A stretch of DNA of 64,000 bases, taken from Thermoplasmatota archaeon (GTDB lineage Archaea > Thermoplasmatota > E2 > UBA202 > JdFR-43). The notes below the pieces were generated by a model. That model was not told the DNA's origin. It worked only from the letters and a program-made list of their open reading frames with translations, and made no database searches. Made by a program: the position numbers and the translations under genes. The stretch is from NCBI GenBank assembly GCA_029259015.1, contig JAPDJQ010000030.1, positions 2,130-66,129 on the forward strand, given 5' to 3'. This document shows, piece after piece, positions 31,101-39,388 of the stretch; positions within the stretch are counted from its first letter, which is position 1, and the number at the start of each line of letters is the position of its first letter.

Positions 31101-31172
31101 TCCTGCTAAGTCAGCGCCTGCATAAGAACACCAGTTGCAGAGCATGGCAATAATCTTCGGTTTGAAACTCAT
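28131..31172 (-). CDS. MvhD-wHTH-degenerate HdrA-NfnB/GltD-like oxidoreductase fusion (HdrL-like)
   Basis: MvhD CNWCSYAGAD..VMCS..GCHLGDCHY; PFCQTNCPAH, GRVCPHPCEELCRR, GSGPAG, GGGDVA, YRR, FAGGD; flanking ferredoxin motifs. Confidence 0.8.
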   Translation of the reverse strand: MSFKPKIIAMLCNWCSYAGADLAGVSRFQYPPTTRVIRVMCSTRVEPSFVLKSFLRGADGVLVGGCHLGDCHYVTGNYYTIGKMNTARKLLRYAGIDERRLRLEWISASEGEKFAKVVTEFTEELQKLGPLKDELKDNLALRAAYNASLKPRIRIIAVKERMLTTEGNKYGELYTFYEFNRIADEIIYDEVNEEMIRLLLQEKEASLDEIAERTGLRKEAVFLYLIDFVKRGEAAFKENDGIFSFYYGGEKEKVAEPFVIENFEGGEGITIIGAGAHGIKKAVELAKKGEDVIIVERHPSINKYVIRKHASSLNDDAPYDEFLKFVKEGKIKLLTNAWVKNIDDDTVKIIKYPTRIKQDCNNCNICYEVCPLKTVDRERSLFSRKAVYGREGIPSTFFLEKETPFCQTNCPAHVDVRGYVAKIAEGKFEESVNLIRERLPLPAVLGRVCPHPCEELCRRNGIDKPISIRLLKRFVADWEWEKKGKIDLGKMPANENNKYRVAVIGSGPAGLTVAYELARKGYKVKIFEALPVAGGMLAVGIPPYRLPKDVLKREIDAILEMGVELQLNTRVGKDISFDELRKEYDAVFIGVGAHESRKLGIEGEDLEGVISGVEFLREVNISPETVRAIFQGRKVVVVGGGDVAIDAARCAVRLGSQEVTVLYRRSRNEMPAREEEVKFAEEEGVNIKFMAAPVKIVGKDGKVIGLKCVEMELGEPDESGRRRPIPKEGSEFFMEADTVIAAIGQYPDFSFLPDEIKRTKWGIIVDDKTAATSMPGVFAGGDAVTGPSIVIEAVAWGRRAAHAIDAYLHGKEISFDPVEKDINRLIASWEDIELMKRNVVLSGIEKEERQEISYIPIEERVTTFKEVEILFDEETAIKEAKRCLSCRECLGCGICGNECMKSVIDYDEEEKEIEIKAKDIVIDPEIYFKIDEKSFTPFEVEDMLDLGILMNMEGRKPRKIAFLNGNESKYIEKLRKRIEEMGVKITGEKDAEMLINCDFVEHEYYKRIKRYVK

Positions 31173-32857
31173 TCTATCGCCTCCTCAATTTGTGCCATTA
31201 TCTGCTCATCCTTAAAATGTCGCATGTTAATTGCTTTATGAATGCAGGATGAGCCGCAAGCTCCACATCCCTTACATGCAGCAGGAACATTTTCTGCAAC
31301 CTTCCTACCATCTTTTTCAACAAGCCTCATCGCTCCATATGGACATACTTCAACACACACTCCACATCCCATGCATTTTTCCTCATCTATAACTGGCGTA
31401 TACGGCTCCGCCTTCACATATCCTTTCGCCATTGGAATTGCCGCCCTGCTGGCTGCCGCTACCGCCTGAACGATACATTCATTTATGTCTGCTGGAGCCC
31501 TGCAGGAGCCAGCCATATATATACCATCTGTTGCAAAGTCCACAGGGCGGAGCTTGACATGGGCTTCAAAGAAGAAACCATCTTGGCCCAATGGCACTTT
31601 AAGCATTTGCGATATCTTTTTCGCATCTTCTCTCTGAATTAAAGGAGTTGATAACACTACCAAATCTGCATCAAGTTCAATTTTTCTTCTCAGTCCAGGG
31701 TGATAAAAGCCAACAACCAGTTTTCCATCCTTTTTTTCCAGGGAAGATACCGTTGGAACTGCATCTCTCACCCTTACAAATCTTATCCCTTCTTCTCTTG
31801 CTTTTCTGCAGTAATCCTCATATACCGTGCCATATGTTTGCAGCCCTTTATGAATAATATATATCTGCGATTCTGGTAGCAATTTTTTCAATAGTCGAGC
31901 ATTTTTTATGGAATTCATGCAGCAAATACGAGAGCAATATCTTACTCTCTCTCCTCTTCCTCCGACACACTGTATGAACACAATTTTTTTCCACTTGCCT
32001 ATTTTATTTTCTTTCAAAAGATTTTCCAGTTCAAATTGAGTGATGACATTTTCATATTCATCATAGTTGTACATGTACATTGGTTCATACGGCTTTGCAC
32101 CAATGGCTACAATTATCGTTCCAACCTTTATTTCCCCTTTTTTCTTGCCCTTGATTTTGACATTGAAATTTCCTATATATCCTTCGACGCTTTCAACCTC
32201 GCTTTCTAAAAAAACATGTATCTTCTTTTCCTTCTTTACTTTTTCAAGCAATTCATTTAAAAATTCATTTGCATCTATATTGGAAGGATACAAACTATGA
32301 ACGTGATTCAACAATCCTCCAAGTTTATTTTCCTTTTCAACTATATAAACTTCAAAGCCTTGCTTCGCCAATGATAAAGCGGATGTAATGCCTGCTACTC
32401 CCCCTCCTATTACCAATGCTTTCCTTTCAACCGGTATTTTTATCTCTTCAAGTGGCTCAAGCAGTCTAGCCTTTGCCACTCCCATTCTAACCAAATCCTT
32501 TGCTTTCTCTGTTGCATCTTCCTTTTCTTTCTGATGTACCCATGAGCACTGGTCCCTTATGTTAACAAATTCAAACAAAAATTTATTCAAGCCAGCATCC
32601 TCGCATGCTTTTCTGAAAAGCGGCTCATGAGTACGAGGGGTACAGGAAGCGACAACAACTCTATTCAGTTTATACTCCTTTATTGCATCCATTATTTCCT
32701 GTATTCCGGCATTCGAGCATGTATACATATTCTCCTTTACATACACAACGTCTGGCAGAGTTTTTGCATATTCACATACTTCAGGCACATTAACAAATCC
32801 TGCTATGTTGGTGCCGCAATCGCACACAAATACTCCGATTCTCAACTTCTCTGCCAT
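31169..32857 (-). CDS. hdrA: heterodisulfide reductase subunit A-like (N-terminal domain, FAD domain, C-terminal ferredoxin)
   Basis: RIGVFVCDCG, CTPRTHE, NIRDQCSWVH, GGGVAG, IQCVG..CSRICC, EAHVKLRPV; GGTGAT SD before ATG 32857. Confidence 0.88.
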   Translation of the reverse strand: MAEKLRIGVFVCDCGTNIAGFVNVPEVCEYAKTLPDVVYVKENMYTCSNAGIQEIMDAIKEYKLNRVVVASCTPRTHEPLFRKACEDAGLNKFLFEFVNIRDQCSWVHQKEKEDATEKAKDLVRMGVAKARLLEPLEEIKIPVERKALVIGGGVAGITSALSLAKQGFEVYIVEKENKLGGLLNHVHSLYPSNIDANEFLNELLEKVKKEKKIHVFLESEVESVEGYIGNFNVKIKGKKKGEIKVGTIIVAIGAKPYEPMYMYNYDEYENVITQFELENLLKENKIGKWKKIVFIQCVGGRGERVRYCSRICCMNSIKNARLLKKLLPESQIYIIHKGLQTYGTVYEDYCRKAREEGIRFVRVRDAVPTVSSLEKKDGKLVVGFYHPGLRRKIELDADLVVLSTPLIQREDAKKISQMLKVPLGQDGFFFEAHVKLRPVDFATDGIYMAGSCRAPADINECIVQAVAAASRAAIPMAKGYVKAEPYTPVIDEEKCMGCGVCVEVCPYGAMRLVEKDGRKVAENVPAACKGCGACGSSCIHKAINMRHFKDEQIMAQIEEAIE

Positions 32858-32861
32858 TTTA

Positions 32862-34148
32862 TCACCCTGCCAACTCTGCTGCTTTGGCAGCAGCAGCACT
32901 TGCCTGTATCACACTTTCTGTTATGTCCTTTGGTCTTTCACAACACCCAGCAACAAATATGCCTGGCTTTGTTGTTTCAACGGGATATTTAAGGAAATCC
33001 ACGGTTTTTATAAATCCATGTTCATCTGTTTCTATGCCCAAGACATTGGCTATCTTTTTTGTATCTTTTGCTGGCATGATAGGCGTGGCAAGAATTACCA
33101 TTTCCACCTCCAGTTCTTTTACCTTTCCTTCTTTTTCGTCTTCGTAATATATAATCAGATTCTTTGTTCTCTTATCTTCCTTAATTTCTCCAGGGCGTGC
33201 ATGGATATAAGTTATTTTATAATCTCTCTCTCCTCTCTTGCTATATTCATAAAATCTTTTACTAAAGACCCTCAAGTCAGAATAGAATATGTAAGATTCC
33301 AGATCGTTATAATGCTCATTTGCCAGCATCGCACTCTTTATTGAAACCATGCAGCATACTGATGAACACCACGGGCAACGCTTTACATCTCTGGAACCAA
33401 CGCACTGTATGAACGCGATTTTTTTTGGCCTTCTGCCATCTGGAGAGCATTTTAGGTGGCCATGAGTAGGTCCAGCTGCATTGATAAGGCGTTCATATTC
33501 CATCCAGGTATGAACATTATCATATTTCCCATATCCATATTCATATAAATCACGGGGCTCATATAATGACAGGCCGACGGCGACAATAATGGCTGCAACA
33601 TTGAGCTCGATGATCTGATCCTTCTGATTGTAGTCTATTGCCCCTGCCTTACAAATTTTCTCGCATAATCCGCATCTATTTTTTGTTAATTTTAGGCAAT
33701 ATCTATCATCAATTGTTGCCTTTCTGGGTACAGCCTGAGGAAACGGCAGAAAAATTGCCTTCCTCTTATCCAGATAGCTATTATATTCATTTGGCACTTC
33801 TGTGGGGCATTTTTCCATGCAGTCTCCGCAGCCGGTGCATTTTGTCGCATCCACATATTTCGCCTTTCTTTTCACTTTAACTTTAAAATCTCCTGCCCTT
33901 CCTTCCAGTCCAATGACTTCAGAATACTCAAGAACATCCACATTTGGATGGGAAAAGCATTCATTCATTTTTGGGGCAAGAATACAAATACTGCAATCAT
34001 TGGTGGACATTGTTTTGTCCAGCAATGCCATTCTCCCTCCAATACTGGGTTCTTTTTCTACTAAATAAACATGGATACCTCTATCTGCCAAATCCAAGGC
34101 AGCCTGTATGCCTGCTACTCCTCCTCCTATTATTAATACATCTTTCAT
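32862..34148 (-). CDS. hdrA: heterodisulfide reductase subunit A-like (FAD domain with inserted ferredoxin, no N-terminal domain)
   Basis: GGGVAG, DCSICILAPKM, CTGCGDC, IQCVGSRD..CSSVCCM, GIFVAGCC..PKDI. Confidence 0.88.
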   Translation of the reverse strand: MKDVLIIGGGVAGIQAALDLADRGIHVYLVEKEPSIGGRMALLDKTMSTNDCSICILAPKMNECFSHPNVDVLEYSEVIGLEGRAGDFKVKVKRKAKYVDATKCTGCGDCMEKCPTEVPNEYNSYLDKRKAIFLPFPQAVPRKATIDDRYCLKLTKNRCGLCEKICKAGAIDYNQKDQIIELNVAAIIVAVGLSLYEPRDLYEYGYGKYDNVHTWMEYERLINAAGPTHGHLKCSPDGRRPKKIAFIQCVGSRDVKRCPWCSSVCCMVSIKSAMLANEHYNDLESYIFYSDLRVFSKRFYEYSKRGERDYKITYIHARPGEIKEDKRTKNLIIYYEDEKEGKVKELEVEMVILATPIMPAKDTKKIANVLGIETDEHGFIKTVDFLKYPVETTKPGIFVAGCCERPKDITESVIQASAAAAKAAELAG

Positions 34149-35221
34149 TTTATCATTTCAGCAACTACTTCAACAAAATCTTTTACCTCAATGCCATAAT
34201 TTTCATGGCTGAGAGTGCATTTAAAATGTATCTGGCATTTTGGGCAGGAAGTTATCATAACATCTGCCACCTTTTTTGCCTCTTTAAGCCTTTCCTTTCT
34301 TATTTCTTCCGATTTCCAGTCGCAACTCATCCAGGCAGAGGTACCACAGCAAACAGCTAGTTCTTTATTATGCTCCATTTCCTTGACTTTTATGCCAACT
34401 TTTTTGAGCACATTGCGTGGCTCTTCATATATACCAAGATGCCTTCCAAGACGACATGAATCGTGAAATGTATATTCTTTTCCTGCCTCTCCTCCTTTCA
34501 TATCTTTATCAGCAAGGAATTCTGATATGTGCATTAGTTCAACATCCATGGAAGGATAATCCATTTTGAAAGTCCTGTAACATTCAGGACAGGAAAATAT
34601 TATTTTCTTTGCCTTTCTTTCCTTCAACATCTGCATATTTTTATTCATGAGTTCATTGAATAGCTCCACATTCCCATTCCATAAAGCATCATGTCCGCAG
34701 CATCCATAAATTATTGATGGCTTAACACCATATTTATTGAGTAATTTAACTGTGCTTTCAGCAATACATTTTCCATCAAACCCTATCTCCTTAAACATTA
34801 TATCAAAAAATGGCAGGCAACCAGCAAAATAGATTATATCAGATTTTTCATCTGTTTCCACATTATCAAGCCAGTCCATATCTATGTTTTTTTCCAGCAT
34901 TAACTTTGGTATGCTTTCAAAAACACCTTCATGTGTGGGTATACCTTCATTTCCCTGTTTTCTTGCTCCATTTCTTACCTCTCTCATGAAATGGAGGAAT
35001 TCTACACCAGAAGGACACACTTCCTCGCATAGCCCGCAACCCAAACATTTCCATATGTCCATGCTGTTTAGCACTTCCTCTTCTATACCTATTAAACTCC
35101 TTTCAACAATGCTTGCTGGAGAAAATTTGCCATATATTCTTGTAATTGGACAGATTGAACTGCATTTCCTGCATTCAACGCAATAATATGCTTTTGATTT
35201 CTCTATTATTCCCTCCAGCAC
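34145..35221 (-). CDS. HdrD/GlpC-like Fe-S protein (ferredoxin plus CCG domains)
   Basis: CVECRKCSSICP, CLGCGLCEEVCP, FAGC, CCGH, SCPEC, HDSCRLGR, CCG, SCPKC. Confidence 0.85.
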   Translation of the reverse strand: MLEGIIEKSKAYYCVECRKCSSICPITRIYGKFSPASIVERSLIGIEEEVLNSMDIWKCLGCGLCEEVCPSGVEFLHFMREVRNGARKQGNEGIPTHEGVFESIPKLMLEKNIDMDWLDNVETDEKSDIIYFAGCLPFFDIMFKEIGFDGKCIAESTVKLLNKYGVKPSIIYGCCGHDALWNGNVELFNELMNKNMQMLKERKAKKIIFSCPECYRTFKMDYPSMDVELMHISEFLADKDMKGGEAGKEYTFHDSCRLGRHLGIYEEPRNVLKKVGIKVKEMEHNKELAVCCGTSAWMSCDWKSEEIRKERLKEAKKVADVMITSCPKCQIHFKCTLSHENYGIEVKDFVEVVAEMIK

Positions 35222-35700
35222 TATTCCACCTTCACTTTTTTCTCCATTTTAAATACTGTAAGAATCTCTTCTATTTTCAGTATCCTTTCATCCTTTTCAT
35301 CAATTTTTTCATCTGAGAGAAGACATTTTTTAATAACAACTTCCTTGCCCTCTCTAACAGCTTCTAAAGCTTTCCCCATATTGAATCTTCTAATACAAAA
35401 AATTAATTTTTCATCTTCCTCCACACATTCATAGCCGCAGTTCAAACAATCAAATGCAGCAGCCTCCCTTTTCTCCACTATCTCATAATATATCCCATCA
35501 TCATATACATGATAAATAGCGGAAGATGGGCAGGATGCTATGCAAATTCCGCAACCCTTACATGAAATAGTATTTACTCTGATTGCATCTCTTGCTTCAT
35601 CATACTCGAAACATTCACATATGGAAACACATATTCTGCATCTTGAACATGCCCTTTCATCTATTGCTACTGAATATTGCTTAAATGTTATCGGGAGCAT
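35221..35700 (-). CDS. 2x[4Fe-4S] ferredoxin-domain protein with MvhD-like degenerate tail
   Basis: CSRCRICVSIC, CKGCGICIASCP; tail AFDCLNCGY..IFCIRR..VIKKC. Confidence 0.7.
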   Translation of the reverse strand: MLPITFKQYSVAIDERACSRCRICVSICECFEYDEARDAIRVNTISCKGCGICIASCPSSAIYHVYDDGIYYEIVEKREAAAFDCLNCGYECVEEDEKLIFCIRRFNMGKALEAVREGKEVVIKKCLLSDEKIDEKDERILKIEEILTVFKMEKKVKVE

Positions 35701-35742
35701 TTCAAAAGAAAAAACATATCTCTTATTTATCTATTATCGTTG

Positions 35743-36522
35743 CTATAAAATGGCATGCTTAAAATCGGTATATTTGAAAACAGGCCCGTCTATACAGGTG
35801 TAGTATTTGCCACCCATAATACAGTGCCCGCATTTACCCATGCCGCATTTCATCCTTCTTTCCACAGATAAAAATATTTTCTCTTCTTTAATGCCCTCAT
35901 TCAAAAGTTTTTCAACAACTGGTTCAAACATTGCAGGCGGCCCACACACCAGAGCTATTTCATTTCCATTTAGATTTGCATCTTTGATAAAATCGCTCAC
36001 GTATCCTTGCCTTTCTCCTCCCTTTTCAAAAACCTCTATAATTTCTGCATATTCCTTCCATTCTTCCAATTCATTTCTGAAGAGCATATCATCTGGCTTC
36101 TTTACACCATATAAAATTTTCAGCGATTTGCAGAATTCCTTATAAATACATTCTTTTATGAAACTTCTTAAAGGAAGTATTCCAAGCCCTCCAGCAACTA
36201 CAACAACATCCTTTCCCTTCGTTTCTTCCATAGGAAAACCATTTCCAAATGGCCCTCTATATCCGACAAAATCTCCTCTACCAAATTTAAATAAATATGA
36301 TGTTACCCTCCCAATTCTTTTTATACATATTTCAAAATAATCCTTTTCAGAAGGAGCAGAACATATGGAAACAGGAAATTCACCTATACCAGGCAAGGAA
36401 ACTTCAACAAACTGTCCTGGTATGAAATCTATGGATGCTTTAATCCTGAAAAGTTTTTTCTCGAAAGGAAATTGCTGGCAATCCACGATTTTTGCTGGTA
36501 TTGGAAGATAAGGATTCATCAA
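35743..36522 (-). CDS. FAD/NAD(P)-binding [2Fe-2S] oxidoreductase (AsrB/HydG/FlxA/PyrK family)
   Basis: PGQFV, RGPFGNGF, AGGLG, CGPPAM, ERRMKCGMGKCGHC..CIDGPVF. Confidence 0.88.
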   Translation of the reverse strand: MMNPYLPIPAKIVDCQQFPFEKKLFRIKASIDFIPGQFVEVSLPGIGEFPVSICSAPSEKDYFEICIKRIGRVTSYLFKFGRGDFVGYRGPFGNGFPMEETKGKDVVVVAGGLGILPLRSFIKECIYKEFCKSLKILYGVKKPDDMLFRNELEEWKEYAEIIEVFEKGGERQGYVSDFIKDANLNGNEIALVCGPPAMFEPVVEKLLNEGIKEEKIFLSVERRMKCGMGKCGHCIMGGKYYTCIDGPVFKYTDFKHAIL

Positions 36523-36625
36523 AAATTGAATTAAAACCTTATATATGATTATTTTGCAGCTTATAGTACGTAGCTTATTTTCACCATGGTAAAAACACCA
36601 TTAAAACAGCAAATTTCCACAAAAA

Positions 36626-36952
36626 TTAGCTACTCCAAACTAAAATGTAGTATCCAGTTCCCCATATAGTGTGATATGCATGTCTCGGGTCTCCCTCATT
36701 TCTTATGTAAATTGTTGCCTGCCCTGTAAAATATGGGCCAACTTTTGCTTCCACTTTTAACTCTTTGCAATCCGAGGGAGTGGTAAAGATACCACGTATA
36801 TCCCTTATTCCAAGAACAAGAAAGGTTCTTTTATAAACGGTGTAATGCTGTTTACATTCCTTGTATTCATTACTTTTTTCATTCTGACTAGCTGAAATAA
36901 AAGAAGGCAACAAAAGTAGTGAAATTATGATAATGGCGACGGTCTTTTTCAT
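36626..36952 (-). CDS. hypothetical secreted protein
   Basis: Signal peptide MKKTVAIIIISLLLLPS. Confidence 0.55.
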   Translation of the reverse strand: MKKTVAIIIISLLLLPSFISASQNEKSNEYKECKQHYTVYKRTFLVLGIRDIRGIFTTPSDCKELKVEAKVGPYFTGQATIYIRNEGDPRHAYHTIWGTGYYILVWSS

Positions 36953-37070
36953 AAAAAATTAATTTTTGCAATATTTAAAAGATATTCTATAAAGATTCGT
37001 TGGCAAAATCGGATTTAATCATCTATAAAATCTCTATTCTTTGGCAAATTTTAGATTCAGAACCACTGGC

Positions 37071-37256
37071 CTAACCAAATAGCTGAAGAACTATCATCAG
37101 TATAAGAAACATAAGGGCAGCATACATTATATAAATGTACATTTTTCTTTTTTTAATAAATTGTTCATATTCCTTCCTGCATTTTTCACTGCACACTGCC
37201 TCTCCATACTTAATTGCTTTTCCGCATATTTGACAATGGCTGTGCTGAGGAATCAT
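37071..37256 (-). CDS. DUF2116 Zn-ribbon membrane protein
   Basis: HSHCQICGKAI..CSEKC plus C-terminal TM; typical pyrH neighbour. Confidence 0.8.
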   Translation of the reverse strand: MIPQHSHCQICGKAIKYGEAVCSEKCRKEYEQFIKKRKMYIYIMYAALMFLILMIVLQLFG

Positions 37257-37909
37257 TTTACCTCCACTACAGTTCCATTAAACTTTTTTCCATATATAGC
37301 ATTTTCCAATTCATCCAATCTTTTTCCATTAACAACAAATGTCTCTATTTTTTCTTCTTCAATGATTCTGCAGGCTATGGAATCGATAACAGCGCTTTCT
37401 CCCGCCTTCTTCCATTCTTCTCCTGCCATTTTTCTAAGCTCCTTTATGCTCATTCTGTCCAGCTTCTTTGCATCCTCGTATTTCTTCGGATCTTTATCAT
37501 ATATGCCATCAACATCTGTTGCTATTATGAGGCGCTCCGCCTTTACTTCCCTAGCAAGCATCGCCGCAACAGCATCCGTTGAATGGCCAGGCGTTGTGCC
37601 GCCCATTATTACTGGCGGAGCCATTTTTGCTGCATCTTCGATGCTTTCTGGAATTTCTTTTTTGAAAAAGGAATTTATCAGCATTGCATTCAGGCGAGTT
37701 GCCATTATTCCAAGCTTATCTAAATATCTCTCATCGCTGCAGAATTTTCTTGCTGCCTGTATATATTCTCTTGCTAATTTTCCACCACCTACAATTATGT
37801 ACAAATCAAAATCCTTTGATGCCTTTTTAATTAAATTTGCTACTTCCTTTATGTAATCTGACTCATTTAAAGAAATGAGCGAGCCTCCTAAAGAAATAAC
37901 GACTTTCAT
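37253..37909 (-). CDS. pyrH: UMP kinase (archaeal)
   Basis: SLGGS, VGGGKLAREY, GTTPGHSTDAVAA, TDVDGIYDKDP. Confidence 0.94.
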   Translation of the reverse strand: MKVVISLGGSLISLNESDYIKEVANLIKKASKDFDLYIIVGGGKLAREYIQAARKFCSDERYLDKLGIMATRLNAMLINSFFKKEIPESIEDAAKMAPPVIMGGTTPGHSTDAVAAMLAREVKAERLIIATDVDGIYDKDPKKYEDAKKLDRMSIKELRKMAGEEWKKAGESAVIDSIACRIIEEEKIETFVVNGKRLDELENAIYGKKFNGTVVEVK

Positions 37910-38060
37910 TGTTCTGTATTAAAAATATTTTATAAAATGTTTTGGCAGTGTCAACAATGAATGGTTTGATTGGATATTTTTATGGCAGCCAAATAATTCT
38001 CTATCATTTTTCAAAAATTGATTAGGCTAAGAATTTTATAAACATTTTCTATATCATTTC

Positions 38061-38354
38061 ATGCGAAGGTATTCAATAAAACGGGGGCACAAGCCAGACT
38101 TAAATGCCCTGATAAAAAAATATTTTGGTGTTGAAGGAGACGTTGAAAAAGGAATAGAATTTGAAGCAGAGGGAATAGGAAAGATTTACATGAAAAAAGA
38201 GGGAAATGGCTTTATTGTTGACATAACTCCTCCAAAAGAAGTTACTGCTGATTATGCAATACTCAAAAAATGGAATGATTTTTTATTTGAGGCAACTGGA
38301 AGGACTGCTAAAGAAAGAAAAAAACTCATGGAGAAAGAAATCATTAAAAAATGA
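38061..38354 (+). CDS. conserved archaeal protein (DUF5611-like)
   Basis: YSIKRGH..WNDFLFEATGRTAKERKK. Confidence 0.7.
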   Translation: MRRYSIKRGHKPDLNALIKKYFGVEGDVEKGIEFEAEGIGKIYMKKEGNGFIVDITPPKEVTADYAILKKWNDFLFEATGRTAKERKKLMEKEIIKK

Positions 38355-38761
38355 AGGGCATAGTGGCTTGGTGCATAGCAGTCATTATACTATGGGGGCT
38401 GTGGGCATTCCTATTTAAAGTTGGTTCCAATGAAATAGGAATAAAAAATGCATTGTTTTATGCATATCTGACAGGCATTATATTAAGCATGGCCATAATT
38501 GCATATTCATTTCCAGAAAATTTTGAAATTAGGAAAGGCGTGCTTTTTATTATTTTATCAACTGTTGTTGGATTTGCTGGAACAATAATATGGTATGTTA
38601 TTTTGCAGAAACACAAAGCAAGCATAATAACTTCTTTCACAGCTCTGTATCCTGTTGTAACTGTTCTACTCAGCATTTTGATTTTAAAGGAAAAACTGTC
38701 TTTGCCCAATGCCATAGGAATTTTGCTTGCGCTGGTAGCAGGAATTCTACTTTCAATGTAA
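38351..38761 (+). CDS. EamA/DMT single-domain transporter
   Basis: LWGLW..K, ALYPVVTVLLSILILKEKL..GILL. Confidence 0.82.
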   Translation: MKGIVAWCIAVIILWGLWAFLFKVGSNEIGIKNALFYAYLTGIILSMAIIAYSFPENFEIRKGVLFIILSTVVGFAGTIIWYVILQKHKASIITSFTALYPVVTVLLSILILKEKLSLPNAIGILLALVAGILLSM

Positions 38762-38832
38762 TGAAAAGAACATTTTCAACATGCTTTCCAGATTTTTTAT
38801 GCCTTTTTGACATAAAATCACTTCATTCATTA

Positions 38833-39357
38833 TCATTCCGTTAAATGCTCAATCAGTATTTTTATTCCGAGAGCAATTAAAATTATGCCACCAACAATTT
38901 CCGCCTTCTCAAATTTCAGTTTGCTAGATATAAAAAAGCCAGATAGACAGATAAAAAAGGTTATTACGCCAATTATCAATGCAGGAAAGAAAATTTCCAC
39001 ACCAATTAATGAAAGAGTTATTCCTGCTGCTAGGGCATCTATGCTCGTAGCAAATGAGAGCACGAGTATGGTGTAGTTGTTTATTTTTATTTCCTTCATT
39101 TCCCCTGCCTCATAAATCATTTTTAAACCAATGGCAAGCAAAAGAAAGAAGGCGATCCAGTGATCAAAGGAAAAAATATAGTTTTTTATGCCTATGCCAG
39201 CACTCCATCCTATAATGGGCATTATTGCCTGAAAACTTCCAAATGATAAAGCCATTTTTAAAGCATGTCTTTTCATTGCCATACCTCCTGCCACAGAAAC
39301 AGCAAATGCATCCATTGAAAGGGCAATGGCAATTAGCAGTATAGAAAGTAAATCCAT
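38833..39357 (-). CDS. mntP: manganese efflux pump MntP
   Basis: ALSMDAFAVS, FQAIMP, DHWIAF, ATSIDALAAG; start at 39357. Confidence 0.88.
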   Translation of the reverse strand: MDLLSILLIAIALSMDAFAVSVAGGMAMKRHALKMALSFGSFQAIMPIIGWSAGIGIKNYIFSFDHWIAFFLLLAIGLKMIYEAGEMKEIKINNYTILVLSFATSIDALAAGITLSLIGVEIFFPALIIGVITFFICLSGFFISSKLKFEKAEIVGGIILIALGIKILIEHLTE

Positions 39358-39388
39358 AGGTAAATAAATAAAATTGATATTATTTTCT

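Noticed and set aside
32857-32864. Possible selenocysteine or readthrough joining the two hdrA genes at TGA
   Set aside because: TGA is followed in frame by TAA, and the downstream gene is in another frame with its own GGTGAT SD
39358-39388. yybP-ykoY Mn riboswitch upstream of mntP
   Set aside because: Only 31 AT-rich nt separate the divergent mntP and eno starts, leaving no room or motif
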